Of a stretch of 64,000 bases of DNA, positions 35,413-45,997 are shown one piece after another. The notes below the pieces were generated by a model, which made no database searches, was not told the DNA's origin, and saw only the letters and a program-made list of their open reading frames with translations. Within the stretch, counting starts at the first letter, position 1. Each line of letters begins with the position of its first letter. A program made the translations under genes and the position numbers. Source of the stretch: Candidatus Babeliales bacterium. Lineage in GTDB: Bacteria; Babelota; Babeliae; Babelales; UASB340. The stretch spans positions 70,548-134,547 of the forward strand of contig JAGLWI010000005.1 of NCBI GenBank assembly GCA_023133515.1, given 5' to 3'.

Positions 35413-35931
35413 CTAAATAGAACTTTGAAATTCAAATTTATCATAATTACTACAATTAAAAAATTCATTGATATAAAAGCTTTTACACCCAACACTAAGA
35501 CCAACTTGAATATCAGTTAATTTATCCCCAAACATTAAAGATTTTGACAAATCTATATTAAAATCATGCGCAGCTTTTAATAACATTCCAGGATTTGGTT
35601 TTCTGCAAAAACAATTTTTTAAATATTCAATCTTTACAGATTTAGTTGGATGGTGTGGACAATAATAAAACCGCTCAAAAAAAATGCCTTTATTTAAAAA
35701 AAGTTTTTTTAAATAATTATGAGCCTCTTTTATAAAATTTTCATCAAAAAAACCTCTTGCCACACCAGATTGGTTAGTTACAACAAATAATTTAAATCCC
35801 AAATTTTGCAAAAAAGAACAAAGTTCAATAGCACCAGGCAAAATCTCAATTTGAGACAAATCACTTAAATAAGGAACATCTTTTATCAATGTTCCATCTC
35901 GATCAAAAAAAGCTGCCTTAATCCAATTCAT
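35413..35931 (-). CDS. gmhB: D-glycero-D-manno-heptose 1,7-bisphosphate phosphatase
   Basis: 172 aa. HAD motifs FFDRDGTL, TNQSGVARG and CFCRKPNPGM, plus GDKLTD. Confidence 0.8.
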   Translation of the reverse strand: MNWIKAAFFDRDGTLIKDVPYLSDLSQIEILPGAIELCSFLQNLGFKLFVVTNQSGVARGFFDENFIKEAHNYLKKLFLNKGIFFERFYYCPHHPTKSVKIEYLKNCFCRKPNPGMLLKAAHDFNIDLSKSLMFGDKLTDIQVGLSVGCKSFYINEFFNCSNYDKFEFQSSI

Positions 35932-37645
35932 CTTTATCTTTCATTTTTTTATATTCCTGTAAAAATCTATATGCAATCTTTCTTGCCGGAGCCGAAGTTC
36001 CAACATTTTCCACCATAACTACCAAAGTCAAAGGATTTCTCCCTTTATAGTTAAAATAAGACGCAAGCCATGCATGCTCCAACTGTTTTTTAGATATTTT
36101 TTCTTTTGCCAAACTACTCGTTTGCGCAGTACCAGTTTTAGCAAAAATATCAAATCCTTTAAGTTTATTAAGAATTTTTGCAGACCCATACTCTACTACA
36201 CCCTTCATAGCTCTTCTTAAAAATTCCAACGTATCTTGAGAAATCTCTAACTCCTTTTTTTCTATCTCTTCAACATCTAAAATTCTAGGTTTTACTAAAA
36301 AACCAGTACAAATACTACTTATCATTCTTGCAACCTGTAAAGGTGTAACTAAAGTATAACTTTGACCTATTGAAACTGAAAGAGTTTCTCCTTTCCACCA
36401 CGGTTCATTTTTTACATCAGCCTTCCATTCATAAGTCGGAACCAAACCAGAAAGCTCTGGTAACAAAAAACCAGTTTTACATCCCAAACCAAATTTAAAT
36501 GCATAATCAGCAAATTGATTAATTCTAATTTTTTGTGCAATTTGAAAACATGGAATATTACAAGAATAAGCAAGAGCCTTTTTTGAATCTAACTTCCCAT
36601 GGCCCCACCTTCTTATACAGTGATATTTTCTAGAACAAAATTGAGTATATCCTTTGCATTTAAACTTGGTATCACTATTTATAACTTTCTCCTGCAAACC
36701 AGCAGCAAAAGTTACTAATTTAAAAATAGATGCTGGAGGATAAACTGCATTAGTAGCTCTATTTAAAAATGTACTATTTCTATTCAATTTATTTTTCCAA
36801 ACATCTTGAGAAATAGGTTCTAAAAATATGTTTGGATCAAAATTTGGAAACGAAAACATTGTAAGAATTGATCCATCTTGTGGATTCATTAAAATAAAAG
36901 TCCCAGCTTGATCTGGTTCAAAAACATCTTCAGCTATTTTTTGTAATCTACTATCCAAAGTTAATCTTATATCATTACCAGCTCTTGCACATTTCAAATC
37001 CATCTGATCTAATTTTGTACCTCTTGAATTAATTATATTTAAAACATAACCAGCTTCACCTTTTAACTCATCCTGAAAAATCTTTTCTAACCCAGCAAGA
37101 CCCGTTGTTGTATATTCCTCTTCTTTTCTACTCAAATATCCTAAAATATGGCTCGCCAACTTTAAATGAGGATAAAATCTTTTAAATCTATTTCTAATAA
37201 TAATATTGAAAGAATATGCACACTGTTCGCTAATACAACAAAGCTCTTCAAAACTAATATCCGACTTTAACAATATTCGTTTTGAATATCTTTCTATAGA
37301 TCTAATTGATCTTACTTTTTTACTTTTTTCAAAATCCAAATCACAAATTTGCTCAACTTTACTTAAAAAAGTCTTCTGCTCATCAGAAAAATTATAATTT
37401 CCACTTCCCTGCCAATAAACATCAAAAACTGGTCTATTTGCCGCTAACAAAACTCCATTTCTATCAATTAAATTCCCTCTTAAAGGAGAAATAAATTCTG
37501 TTCTCAAAAAATTTTTTTTGCCCAAAACTGAAAAATTTTCACCCTGATTAATTTGCAAATATGCAAGACGCAAAATTAAGATAAAAATAAATAAGAAAAA
37601 TCCATATAAAAGTTGAAGTATTTTTCTTCTTCTAGATTGATACAT
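35918..37645 (-). CDS. mrdA: penicillin-binding protein 2 (elongation transpeptidase)
   Basis: 575 aa. N-terminal TM, SIFK (SxxK), SCN (SxN) and KTGTA motifs. Overlaps the gmhB start. Confidence 0.85.
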   Translation of the reverse strand: MYQSRRRKILQLLYGFFLFIFILILRLAYLQINQGENFSVLGKKNFLRTEFISPLRGNLIDRNGVLLAANRPVFDVYWQGSGNYNFSDEQKTFLSKVEQICDLDFEKSKKVRSIRSIERYSKRILLKSDISFEELCCISEQCAYSFNIIIRNRFKRFYPHLKLASHILGYLSRKEEEYTTTGLAGLEKIFQDELKGEAGYVLNIINSRGTKLDQMDLKCARAGNDIRLTLDSRLQKIAEDVFEPDQAGTFILMNPQDGSILTMFSFPNFDPNIFLEPISQDVWKNKLNRNSTFLNRATNAVYPPASIFKLVTFAAGLQEKVINSDTKFKCKGYTQFCSRKYHCIRRWGHGKLDSKKALAYSCNIPCFQIAQKIRINQFADYAFKFGLGCKTGFLLPELSGLVPTYEWKADVKNEPWWKGETLSVSIGQSYTLVTPLQVARMISSICTGFLVKPRILDVEEIEKKELEISQDTLEFLRRAMKGVVEYGSAKILNKLKGFDIFAKTGTAQTSSLAKEKISKKQLEHAWLASYFNYKGRNPLTLVVMVENVGTSAPARKIAYRFLQEYKKMKDKDELD

Positions 37646-37833
37646 TATTTTTTCGATCGCTCATTCTTTTTAATTTTACAAATCTTTATTAATCAAACAA
37701 AAAGATAAAATAAAATTATAAAAATTAAAATTATATTATTAACTTTTATAAAAAGTTTTACAAAATCAAACTTTTTTATATGATTAGCTATTGGTTTTTA
37801 AAAACAATAAGTTTACTTTTTATAGGAAATATT

Positions 37834-38553
37834 ATGAAAAATGTTTTATTTCTTTCATGTGTTATTTTTACAACTAATATATGTGCAACGATAGATAATC
37901 TTCAAAGTCAAAAAGATATACCAAATATTAATAATAATCTTATTCAACAAGATAAATCTAATATTATTTTAAAAAAAATTGATGACGGCAAAAAACAACA
38001 AGACAAAGTAAATACATTTTTTAATCAAGAAGAACTAAGTGAATTAATAGCTCAAAAACTACAAGTTGCAGAAAAGGAAAAAAAAGAAAAAACGCAAGCT
38101 ATTATAAAATCTTTACGTAAATTTAAAATAACCGGCATAGCAACTACGGTTGACCCAAATTTAGCATTAATCTTTGATATTCAAAATCCTATTCTCCAAG
38201 TAATCTACAAAAATTCTATTGGAGAAATTAAAACAAGGAAATACCAGGCATTGGTAAAATCAATTGGCTTAAAACTAGAATTTGATTTTAAAATTGATCT
38301 TATATTTATAGTTGGTACAGATTTTAATTTTTATGATTCAGACAAAACAATAGAATTGGGACCTGGAATAGATTTAAAAACCAACATTATCGATTTTACT
38401 TATGCATCTTTTAACAACCATGATGGAGGAATGATAATATTAGGAATTCCCATATTAGGAGAATTATCAAATTTTCTAACCTATGGAATTAGTTTATGCC
38501 TTGTAGGAATAAGCTACGTTAGTGGTGGATACCTAATACCTATAGAAAGTTAA
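37834..38553 (+). CDS. hypothetical secreted protein
   Basis: The ORF track starts at 37780. ATG 37834 gives the signal-like MKNVLFLSCVIFTTNICA. No family recognised. Confidence 0.45.
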   Translation: MKNVLFLSCVIFTTNICATIDNLQSQKDIPNINNNLIQQDKSNIILKKIDDGKKQQDKVNTFFNQEELSELIAQKLQVAEKEKKEKTQAIIKSLRKFKITGIATTVDPNLALIFDIQNPILQVIYKNSIGEIKTRKYQALVKSIGLKLEFDFKIDLIFIVGTDFNFYDSDKTIELGPGIDLKTNIIDFTYASFNNHDGGMIILGIPILGELSNFLTYGISLCLVGISYVSGGYLIPIES

Positions 38554-38602
38554 ATTCAAAATCTCTTAAAAATATTAAAATTCAACATTTGTATGTAATT
38601 TA

Positions 38603-39541
38603 TTATTTTTTGTACAAAACCAAACGATCAAGATCATTTAATGGATGTTTTTCATCACACATCTGAGCAAGTTCAGATGAAGAAACATGAGTATAAATCT
38701 CTGTGGTAGAAATTGTTTTATGCCCAAGCAATTCTTGAATAATTCTTAAATCTACACCCTGATTTAAAAGATGGGTAGCAAAAGAATGACGAATTTTATG
38801 TGGTGTTAATTTACGATCGATTTTTAAAAATTTTCTAAACATCTCAATAATTCGTTGTACAGAACGAGACGTTAATCTTCCACCCAAATAATTTAAAAAA
38901 ATAAACTCTATTTCTTTCTGTTTTGTAATCAAAGGTCGTTCAACTCTTAAATATTTGAGCAAAACATCCTTTGCCTTTTGACCAAAAAGAACCATCCGTT
39001 CTTTACGTCCTTTTCCAAAAATTCTTATCGCTTTGTTAGAAAAATCAATATCAGAAATTTTAACATTGACCAATTCTGAACATCGAACACCTGTTGCATA
39101 AATCATCTCAAAAATAGTTCTATCTCGATATGGAAATTTGGTAGGAAGATCGTCATTTTTTATTGAATCAAGTAGATAAAAAATCTCATCAACACTAAGA
39201 GTAGCTGGCAATTTTTTATCAAGACGAGGCGCTTTAAAATTTACATTCAATTTAATACCAACAGATCTCAAAAAAAACGTAAAAGATCGTACACAAGAAA
39301 GTTTGCGTGATAATGTTGTCTTTGCAATTTTTTTATAAAACAATGAAACAATATATCGACGCAAAATAGCATCAAAAGAATGTTTTAAACCATTTTCTTT
39401 TGAAAGAATTCTGTCCCAAAATTTTATAATTTGATTCAAATCTGCTTGATAAGCTCGCAACGTATGTTCAGAAACATTTTTTTCTACCTCCAAAAAAATT
39501 AAAAAATCTCTAATTTTATTCTTAAAATTTTTTAAATCCAC
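38603..39541 (-). CDS. tyrosine site-specific recombinase XerC/XerD
   Basis: 312 aa. ATGVRCSEL, HKIRHSFATHLL and LGHKTISTTEIYTHV (R-H-R-Y catalytic set). Confidence 0.85.
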   Translation of the reverse strand: MDLKNFKNKIRDFLIFLEVEKNVSEHTLRAYQADLNQIIKFWDRILSKENGLKHSFDAILRRYIVSLFYKKIAKTTLSRKLSCVRSFTFFLRSVGIKLNVNFKAPRLDKKLPATLSVDEIFYLLDSIKNDDLPTKFPYRDRTIFEMIYATGVRCSELVNVKISDIDFSNKAIRIFGKGRKERMVLFGQKAKDVLLKYLRVERPLITKQKEIEFIFLNYLGGRLTSRSVQRIIEMFRKFLKIDRKLTPHKIRHSFATHLLNQGVDLRIIQELLGHKTISTTEIYTHVSSSELAQMCDEKHPLNDLDRLVLYKK

Positions 39542-39672
39542 CGCAACTTAATCTCCTCTAAAAAGCAATCATTGCAATTTTAATAAAAATAATATCATCG
39601 ATGTTACAAACTTAAAAGCCTGAAATTTTTGCCATAATTGCAAAAAAATAATAATGATTTAAATATAGTCAT

Positions 39673-40326
39673 ATGAAAAAAATAATAACAATAAAAAAAA
39701 TTTTAAGTCTCTTATCAAAAGAAACAAAAAAATTTTCTCCAACTTTAATCGAAACAATTATTCAAAAATATGGAAAAAATCCATTTATAATTCTAATATG
39801 CTGCCTTTTAAGTCTACGATCCAAAGATGTCGTCACCATTCCTATCTCACAAAATCTATTAAAAAAAGCCAAAACACCACAACAAATTTTAAAATTATCA
39901 CTTAGTCAAATTGAAAAAATAATCTTTAAAATAGGATTTTACAGAAATAAAGCTAAAGTACTTCATAAGGTTTCAAAAGAAATTTTAGATAGATTCAATA
40001 ACAAAGTGCCTGCAAACATAGAACAACTACTAAAATTGCACGGAGTTGGAAGAAAGACTGCTAATCTTGTCATGGGTCTAGCATACAACATACCAAGTAT
40101 CTGTGTTGATATTCATGTCCATAGAATATCAAATAGACTTGGGATCATCAAAACCAAAACTCCAGAACAAACAGAAATCGAATTAAAAAAAATTATTCCA
40201 AAAAAATACTGGATTATTTGGAACGGGCTTCTTGTAAAATGGGGACAAAACATTTGTATATCAATTAAACCTAAATGTAATCAATGTGCAATAGAAAAAT
40301 TGTGTAATAAAGTTATTAAAAAATAA
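39673..40326 (+). CDS. nth: endonuclease III
   Basis: 217 aa. HhH-GPD LHGVGRKTANLV. C-terminal Cys cluster C-x6-C-x2-C-x5-C. Confidence 0.85.
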   Translation: MKKIITIKKILSLLSKETKKFSPTLIETIIQKYGKNPFIILICCLLSLRSKDVVTIPISQNLLKKAKTPQQILKLSLSQIEKIIFKIGFYRNKAKVLHKVSKEILDRFNNKVPANIEQLLKLHGVGRKTANLVMGLAYNIPSICVDIHVHRISNRLGIIKTKTPEQTEIELKKIIPKKYWIIWNGLLVKWGQNICISIKPKCNQCAIEKLCNKVIKK

Positions 40327-40390
40327 GCCGTTCAAATCCTTCGATATGATTTTTCAGTTAGGAAAAATCGTATCGAAGGATTTGAACGGC
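40327..40390. repeat. 64-nt near-perfect palindrome (family-2 GC-rich element) acting as bidirectional terminator
   Basis: GCCGTTCAAATCCTTCGATA ... TATCGAAGGATTTGAACGGC (20-bp perfect arms). Begins at the base after the nth stop and ends 10 nt before the thrS stop. Confidence 0.8.
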
Positions 40391-40400
40391 TAAAAATCCC

Positions 40401-42146
40401 TCAATATTTACAAAGCTCTTGTGCTCTCCCAATCAAATCATCAACAAAAATTCCAAATTCTTGTTTTCCATCTAAATCTCTCAAAGTAATTGTTCCTTTT
40501 TCCTGTTCTTTTTTACCAATAACAATCATCCAAGGAACATAATTAAGTTGCGCGTTTCTAATTTGTGCAGAAATTTGATCTCCACTTTTATCAATCTCAA
40601 CCCTAACATCTTTATCCAAAAGTTTTTCATAAACCTGTTGTGCATAATCTTTTTGTTGATCTGTAATTGTTAAAATTCTTGCTTGAATAGGAGAAAGCCA
40701 AAATGGAAGCTTCCCTTTATAATGCTCAAGTAAAATTCCCAAAAATCTTTCAATAGAACCATAAATTGCCCTATGAATCATAATAGGAACACCCTTACTT
40801 TGATCTGATTTGATATATTCCAATTTAAAATTTTGAGGCATAAAAAAATCAAATTGAACTGTACCACATTGCCACTCCCTTCCAATAGCATCCTCAATAA
40901 CCATATCAATTTTAGGACCATAAAAAGCCCCTTCACCTTCATCAATTTGATAATCAAAACCTTTTTTTTCAAGAGCATTTTTAAGTGCGTTCGTTGCTTT
41001 ATCCCATAAAGCTTTTTCACCTATGTGTTTTTTTGGCATTGTTGCAACAAACATTTTTACTTTTTCAAATCCAAACTTTTTATACACATTTTGGGCAAGA
41101 TCTAAAATTTTTACAACCTCATTCTCTGCTTGATCAGATGTACAATAAATATGAGCATCATCTATTGTAAAACTTCTTACACGAAAAAGACCATGCAAAA
41201 CACCAGAAAGTTCATATCTATATACATGTCCATATTCTGCAACTCTTAAAGGAAGTTGTCTATAAGAATGAGATCTCTGTTTAAAAATTAAAATACCACC
41301 TGGACAATTCATCGGTCTTACACAATAAGTTGTTTCGTTAATCTTGGTAAAATATATATGCTCTTTGTAGTTATCATAATGTCCTGAAGTTTTCCATAAA
41401 GACTCATTCATAATCATAGGAGTTTTGATTTCCATATAATCTTTTTTTAGCATATGTCGCATATAACCAATCAATTGATTGTAAATAATAAGACCTTTGT
41501 GATGGAAAAAAGGAGTTCCAGGTGCCTCCACATTAAAACTGAAAAGATTCAGTTGTTTTCCAATTTTACGATGATCATACTTTTTTGATTCTTCTACTTT
41601 TTTTAAATAATCCTCAAGTTCTTCTTGAGAAAAAAAGGCAATCCCATAAATTCTTTGTAAAGCTGATTTATTTTTATCTGCACGCCAATATGCACCAGCC
41701 ACGGATGTCAATTTAAAATATTTTATCTGACCTGTACTCTTTACATGCCCACCTTTACAAAGATCACAAAAATCACCTTGACAATAAATTGTCACATTTG
41801 CATCTTCAATCTCATCAAGCAATTCTTGTTTAAATTCATTATCTTTAAAAAGTTCTCGAGCCTTTTTCTTAGAAATATTTTTTCCAACAATTTTATAATC
41901 TTTTTTGGCTAATTCATTCATCTTAGCTTCAATTTTTAACAAATCAGCCTCTGTAAAATTTTTAGGTGGCAAAAAATCATAAAAAAATCCTATTTTAGTT
42001 GTAGGACCAATAGTAAGTTTTGTTCCTGGATAAAGCTCTAATACAGCATGAGCCAAAAGATGCGCTGCAGAATGCCTCAGATTATCAATATTTTCTTTAT
42101 CGTTCATAACAGCTCCTAATAAAGCGCCAAAAGGATAGTTGTTCAA
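40401..42146 (-). CDS. thrS: threonyl-tRNA synthetase (no N-terminal TGS domain)
   Basis: 581 aa. Starts just before the editing-domain HSAAHLLAH motif. Class II core motifs and a C-terminal anticodon-binding domain. Confidence 0.9.
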   Translation of the reverse strand: MNNYPFGALLGAVMNDKENIDNLRHSAAHLLAHAVLELYPGTKLTIGPTTKIGFFYDFLPPKNFTEADLLKIEAKMNELAKKDYKIVGKNISKKKARELFKDNEFKQELLDEIEDANVTIYCQGDFCDLCKGGHVKSTGQIKYFKLTSVAGAYWRADKNKSALQRIYGIAFFSQEELEDYLKKVEESKKYDHRKIGKQLNLFSFNVEAPGTPFFHHKGLIIYNQLIGYMRHMLKKDYMEIKTPMIMNESLWKTSGHYDNYKEHIYFTKINETTYCVRPMNCPGGILIFKQRSHSYRQLPLRVAEYGHVYRYELSGVLHGLFRVRSFTIDDAHIYCTSDQAENEVVKILDLAQNVYKKFGFEKVKMFVATMPKKHIGEKALWDKATNALKNALEKKGFDYQIDEGEGAFYGPKIDMVIEDAIGREWQCGTVQFDFFMPQNFKLEYIKSDQSKGVPIMIHRAIYGSIERFLGILLEHYKGKLPFWLSPIQARILTITDQQKDYAQQVYEKLLDKDVRVEIDKSGDQISAQIRNAQLNYVPWMIVIGKKEQEKGTITLRDLDGKQEFGIFVDDLIGRAQELCKY

Positions 42147-42323
42147 ATAACTCCCAATTAAAATTATACAAAATAATAACCATGTTGCCTAAAAGAATTT
42201 CTACATGATATTATAAATCTACGCCAACCTAAGTTATAAAAAACTTTAACGCATAAAGAAGCTTCTGGCCACAAGTAAAAAATAATCATAAATTCAAATT
42301 TTTAAAATAAAGGAAAGAATATC

Positions 42324-43823
42324 ATGCAAGATAGGCGCAATTTTAACAATATTAAAAAAAATGAAAAAGTTATAAATCCTAATAATAATGAAAAGAGATT
42401 TAAAACCACTCCTAATCTGCGCCCAACAAGAATCTTTATATTGGATACAAATGTTTTATTGCATGATAGCGATGCCATATTTGAATTTAAAGATGTTGTA
42501 CTTGGAATTCCTTTTGTCGTTTTACAAGAACTAGATACATTCAAAAAAAACCAAGGAGAACTAGGTCGCAACTCAAGAGAAGTTATCAGAATATTAGATG
42601 AATTAAGAAACAAGGGCTGCTTGAACAAAGGAGTTGAAATAAGCTCAGAAACTGGCAGCATTCTAAAAGTTCTTCCTACACCAGCATTCCAACCAACTCA
42701 GGAAATGTATGGCGATGTTGTAGATGATCTAATCCTAAAAACAGTACAAAATTTAGTCAAAGAAGGTTTTGATGCCACACTAATTACAAAAGACATCAAT
42801 TCAAGGGTCAAAGCTGATGCTATGGGTCTTGAGGCCGAAGATTACATAAAAGAAAAAGTCTCATCTGTCGAATTTTATAAAGGATGGATCAAAATCAATT
42901 TATCAGCAAATGAATTGCGAAAAATAACCATCAATAAATTACCTGAAATACTAAAACAAAAAAAAATCAAATTAGAAAAACTTGCTCCCAATGAATTTAT
43001 TGTTGTAGAAAGCGAAAATAATCCAGAAAATTATCATCTCTTCAGATTTTTAGGTGGAACCAATTTTATCTTAGTAAAGAATCCAAAAATCATCGCCCAC
43101 TTTGGAGCAAGAAACGTACAACAACTAATGGCTCTAGATCTTTTGAGAGATGACAATGTCAAAATAATCTCACTCGTAGGTCCTGCTGGTACAGGAAAAA
43201 CTTTTTTGACTCTTCTTATTGGTCTACAAAAGGTAGCAAAAGAACATTTATACAAAAAATTTTTAATATCACGCCCAGTTGTTGCCCTTGGAGCAGACAT
43301 TGGTTATCTACCAGGTGAATTACATGAAAAATTACGTTATTGGATGCAACCGGTTTACGATAATTTGGAATTAATTTTTAGCCAGCTTGGCGAAAAAGAA
43401 ATTGAATATCTTGCAAACAAAAAAGAACGACAGGCTCTAAAAAAACATTTAAGAGATCGTTACATAAAAGATCGTCATCAAGAAATATCAAATGTGGATA
43501 TATTGCAAGAAAAAGGAATTTTGAGCATGGAAGCTATAACTTATATGCGAGGTCGCTCCATTCCATATCAATTTATTCTTATCGATGAAGTTCAAAACTT
43601 AAATCCACATGAAGTAAAAACAGTAGTAAGTCGCGCAGGAGAAGGCACAAAAATCATACTTGCCGGAGACCCCTTTCAAATAGATTCTCCGTATCTTGAT
43701 TTTAGTAGCAATGGACTTACAATTACAACAGAAAAGCTTAAAGGACAATCAATATTCGGATCTGTATTTTTAGAAAAAAGTGAAAGAAGCAAAGTTGCAA
43801 AACTTGCAGCAAAACTTTTATAA
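42324..43823 (+). CDS. PIN-domain + PhoH-like ATPase (YlaK/PhoL type)
   Basis: 499 aa. PIN ILDTNVLLHD. P-loop GPAGTGKT. IDEVQN Walker B. Confidence 0.8.
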   Translation: MQDRRNFNNIKKNEKVINPNNNEKRFKTTPNLRPTRIFILDTNVLLHDSDAIFEFKDVVLGIPFVVLQELDTFKKNQGELGRNSREVIRILDELRNKGCLNKGVEISSETGSILKVLPTPAFQPTQEMYGDVVDDLILKTVQNLVKEGFDATLITKDINSRVKADAMGLEAEDYIKEKVSSVEFYKGWIKINLSANELRKITINKLPEILKQKKIKLEKLAPNEFIVVESENNPENYHLFRFLGGTNFILVKNPKIIAHFGARNVQQLMALDLLRDDNVKIISLVGPAGTGKTFLTLLIGLQKVAKEHLYKKFLISRPVVALGADIGYLPGELHEKLRYWMQPVYDNLELIFSQLGEKEIEYLANKKERQALKKHLRDRYIKDRHQEISNVDILQEKGILSMEAITYMRGRSIPYQFILIDEVQNLNPHEVKTVVSRAGEGTKIILAGDPFQIDSPYLDFSSNGLTITTEKLKGQSIFGSVFLEKSERSKVAKLAAKLL

Positions 43824-43938
43824 ATCATATTAATTTCAATCTAAACAAAAAACATGTATTTAAGATATTTTTCTATACTACTAGAAATAAAATAGAATAT
43901 TATCATTACTAAATCAGACTAAACCAGCACATCCCATT

Positions 43939-43966
43939 TTTAAACACAAAATTAAAATGATATACT
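43939..43966 (+). promoter_or_regulatory. extended -10 promoter of tandem-family gene 1
   Basis: TTTAAA-N16 (ending TGA)-TATACT. Shares the AAATTAAAATGATAT block with the promoters at 46846 and 47850. Confidence 0.45.
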
Positions 43967-44045
43967 CTTATTTAATGACAATAAAAAAATAAAATTTGTC
44001 ATAAAAATGTGAGGTTATTTTTCATTAAAAAACGGAGGTTATATC

Positions 44046-45404
44046 ATGAAAAAACCAATTATTCTTTCTTTATTAATATTTTCTTTTACTTTTCAAAATA
44101 ATATAAAACCTATTGAACTTTCTAATATACCAGCTTCACCATTTTCTTATGCTATAGAGAATGGAAACAATATAATTAAAAATGGAATATGGTTAACAAA
44201 AAATTTATTAGAAAAAACAAAGAATAAACACCTTTTAGCAACAGCAATATTAGCTCCATGGCCATCTATAGGAAAATCATTAAGTCATCTATACTATGCA
44301 GGAAAATATTTAATAAAAGATAACAATATCAGTCAAAGTGCAAAAGAATTTAAAAGATCACTATGGCCAACATTAACTTCTTTTTTGGGAACAAATTCTC
44401 TTTTAAAATACGGAATGTATACTCCTTCAAATTTTTCACTTGATAGTATCATCTGGACTCCATTATGTTACAGCAGTTACTTTAACAACATGTCTAACAA
44501 TATAAATATGCTTGAAAAAATAGCTTCCAAAGTAAAAAACATAATTCCTTCTACTTTTCAAAAATCTTTAAAAACATCTGAAAAAAAAGAAACTGAAAAA
44601 GAAATTCAAAAAAATACAATTGAAACTAATCATATTGCTGAAATAGCTCATATTGATGAAGCAACAAAAAAAGCCACTTTAAATACAAAAAAAGAGACTA
44701 TTGAAACTTTATCACTATTTTCTTTGCCTTCTAAAACACTAAATACTGCTTCTTCTATTGTAAAATTTCCATTTCAAAGAACAATAAAAACATTTACAAA
44801 TATCAAACACATGGGACAAGCTTTATGGAATAAAGAATGGAAAGTTGCAGCCAAAAAATTAGGATTCGCCTCTTTAAATGCTTTTTTAGCATTTGTTAGT
44901 GCTTATGCAATGATCTATGGTGCTGATAAAGCTCTTCTTTTATTAGCAAACAAAGGATTAATGCCATCTACATTTCTAGGATACAAAGCAGGTTCCATCA
45001 ATCTAATCCCTACAAAAATTAATACATGTGCATCAAATTTTTATGGCAATTTGACAAAATTTTGTAAGAATTTATATCCAGCACAATTACTAAAAAATAA
45101 AGTAACTTTAACAAAACCAGATCCTACTTACTTATGCAAATATTTAAAAGAAAACGGCACAGAAAAATTCATGGGCGAATTATCTTCAGATTTTTATAGG
45201 CTTAAAATAAAGTCTTTAGAAATTTTAAAAGGAATAAAAGATAAAGGAATATTTCAAATACAAAATTCTGAAACAATAATCAAAAACGTTGCAAAAGAAG
45301 CAACTGAAGCTACTAAATTGGCTAAATATATGCTAAATGGAGACTGCTCAGAAAATGTAAAAGTGGTTACTGGTATTGCACAAGACTTAGGCTTATTACC
45401 ATAA
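44046..45404 (+). CDS. orphan secreted/membrane protein, tandem family member 1
   Basis: 452 aa with a signal peptide. Family motif AFVSAYAMIYGADKALLLLANKGLMPSTFLGYKAGS. Confidence 0.55.
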   Translation: MKKPIILSLLIFSFTFQNNIKPIELSNIPASPFSYAIENGNNIIKNGIWLTKNLLEKTKNKHLLATAILAPWPSIGKSLSHLYYAGKYLIKDNNISQSAKEFKRSLWPTLTSFLGTNSLLKYGMYTPSNFSLDSIIWTPLCYSSYFNNMSNNINMLEKIASKVKNIIPSTFQKSLKTSEKKETEKEIQKNTIETNHIAEIAHIDEATKKATLNTKKETIETLSLFSLPSKTLNTASSIVKFPFQRTIKTFTNIKHMGQALWNKEWKVAAKKLGFASLNAFLAFVSAYAMIYGADKALLLLANKGLMPSTFLGYKAGSINLIPTKINTCASNFYGNLTKFCKNLYPAQLLKNKVTLTKPDPTYLCKYLKENGTEKFMGELSSDFYRLKIKSLEILKGIKDKGIFQIQNSETIIKNVAKEATEATKLAKYMLNGDCSENVKVVTGIAQDLGLLP

Positions 45405-45416
45405 CATCTACCCCTT

Positions 45417-45444
45417 TTGAAATATAAAATTAGCCTGATATAAT
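45417..45444 (+). promoter_or_regulatory. extended -10 promoter of tandem-family gene 2
   Basis: TTGAAA-N16 (ending TGA)-TATAAT. Confidence 0.55.
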
Positions 45445-45499
45445 TGTTATTAATAAGAGGTTGGATCATTTTTATAACAAATGTAAATGGAGAAAAACC

Positions 45500-45919
45500 A
45501 TGAAAAAAACAATCTGTACAGGATTAGCAATTCTCCTTTTGGCTGTAGCATCAGTCAAACCAGAATCTAAAGATGATAAAAATTCAAAATCTGGAATCAC
45601 TTCAGCCATAGTCACAACATTAGCTTATCCTTTTAAAAAAGGAGCTTCTACTTTAAAATTTGCTACAAACACAATACAAGATCTTATATCATTCAATACA
45701 GCTAACAATCTCTTTTTGACAGCAAAAGAAGCAACTAAGTTATCTTTGTATTTATTGGCAGTTGTTGCAACCGTTTATGGTTTAGATGCTGCTATTTTAT
45801 GGACAACAAAAATTGGTATTCCAAAAACAATATTTAACACATATGAATTTGGAACAATTTATAACAAACTCACACCAACAATTAAGCAAAGAATCAAATT
45901 CTTGCCTAAATGTTTTTAA
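45500..45919 (+). CDS. orphan secreted/membrane protein, tandem family member 2
   Basis: The ORF track starts at 45461. ATG 45500 follows GGAG and gives the signal-like MKKTICTGLAILLLAVASV. Motif VVATVYGLDAAILWTTKIGIPKTIFNTYEFGTIYNK. Confidence 0.6.
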   Translation: MKKTICTGLAILLLAVASVKPESKDDKNSKSGITSAIVTTLAYPFKKGASTLKFATNTIQDLISFNTANNLFLTAKEATKLSLYLLAVVATVYGLDAAILWTTKIGIPKTIFNTYEFGTIYNKLTPTIKQRIKFLPKCF

Positions 45920-45997
45920 TAATAATTTTACTGTTAAATTTTTTAATAATGCGTCTTATTTAATTTAATTAACACTTTTTAATATGGGGGGATAATC

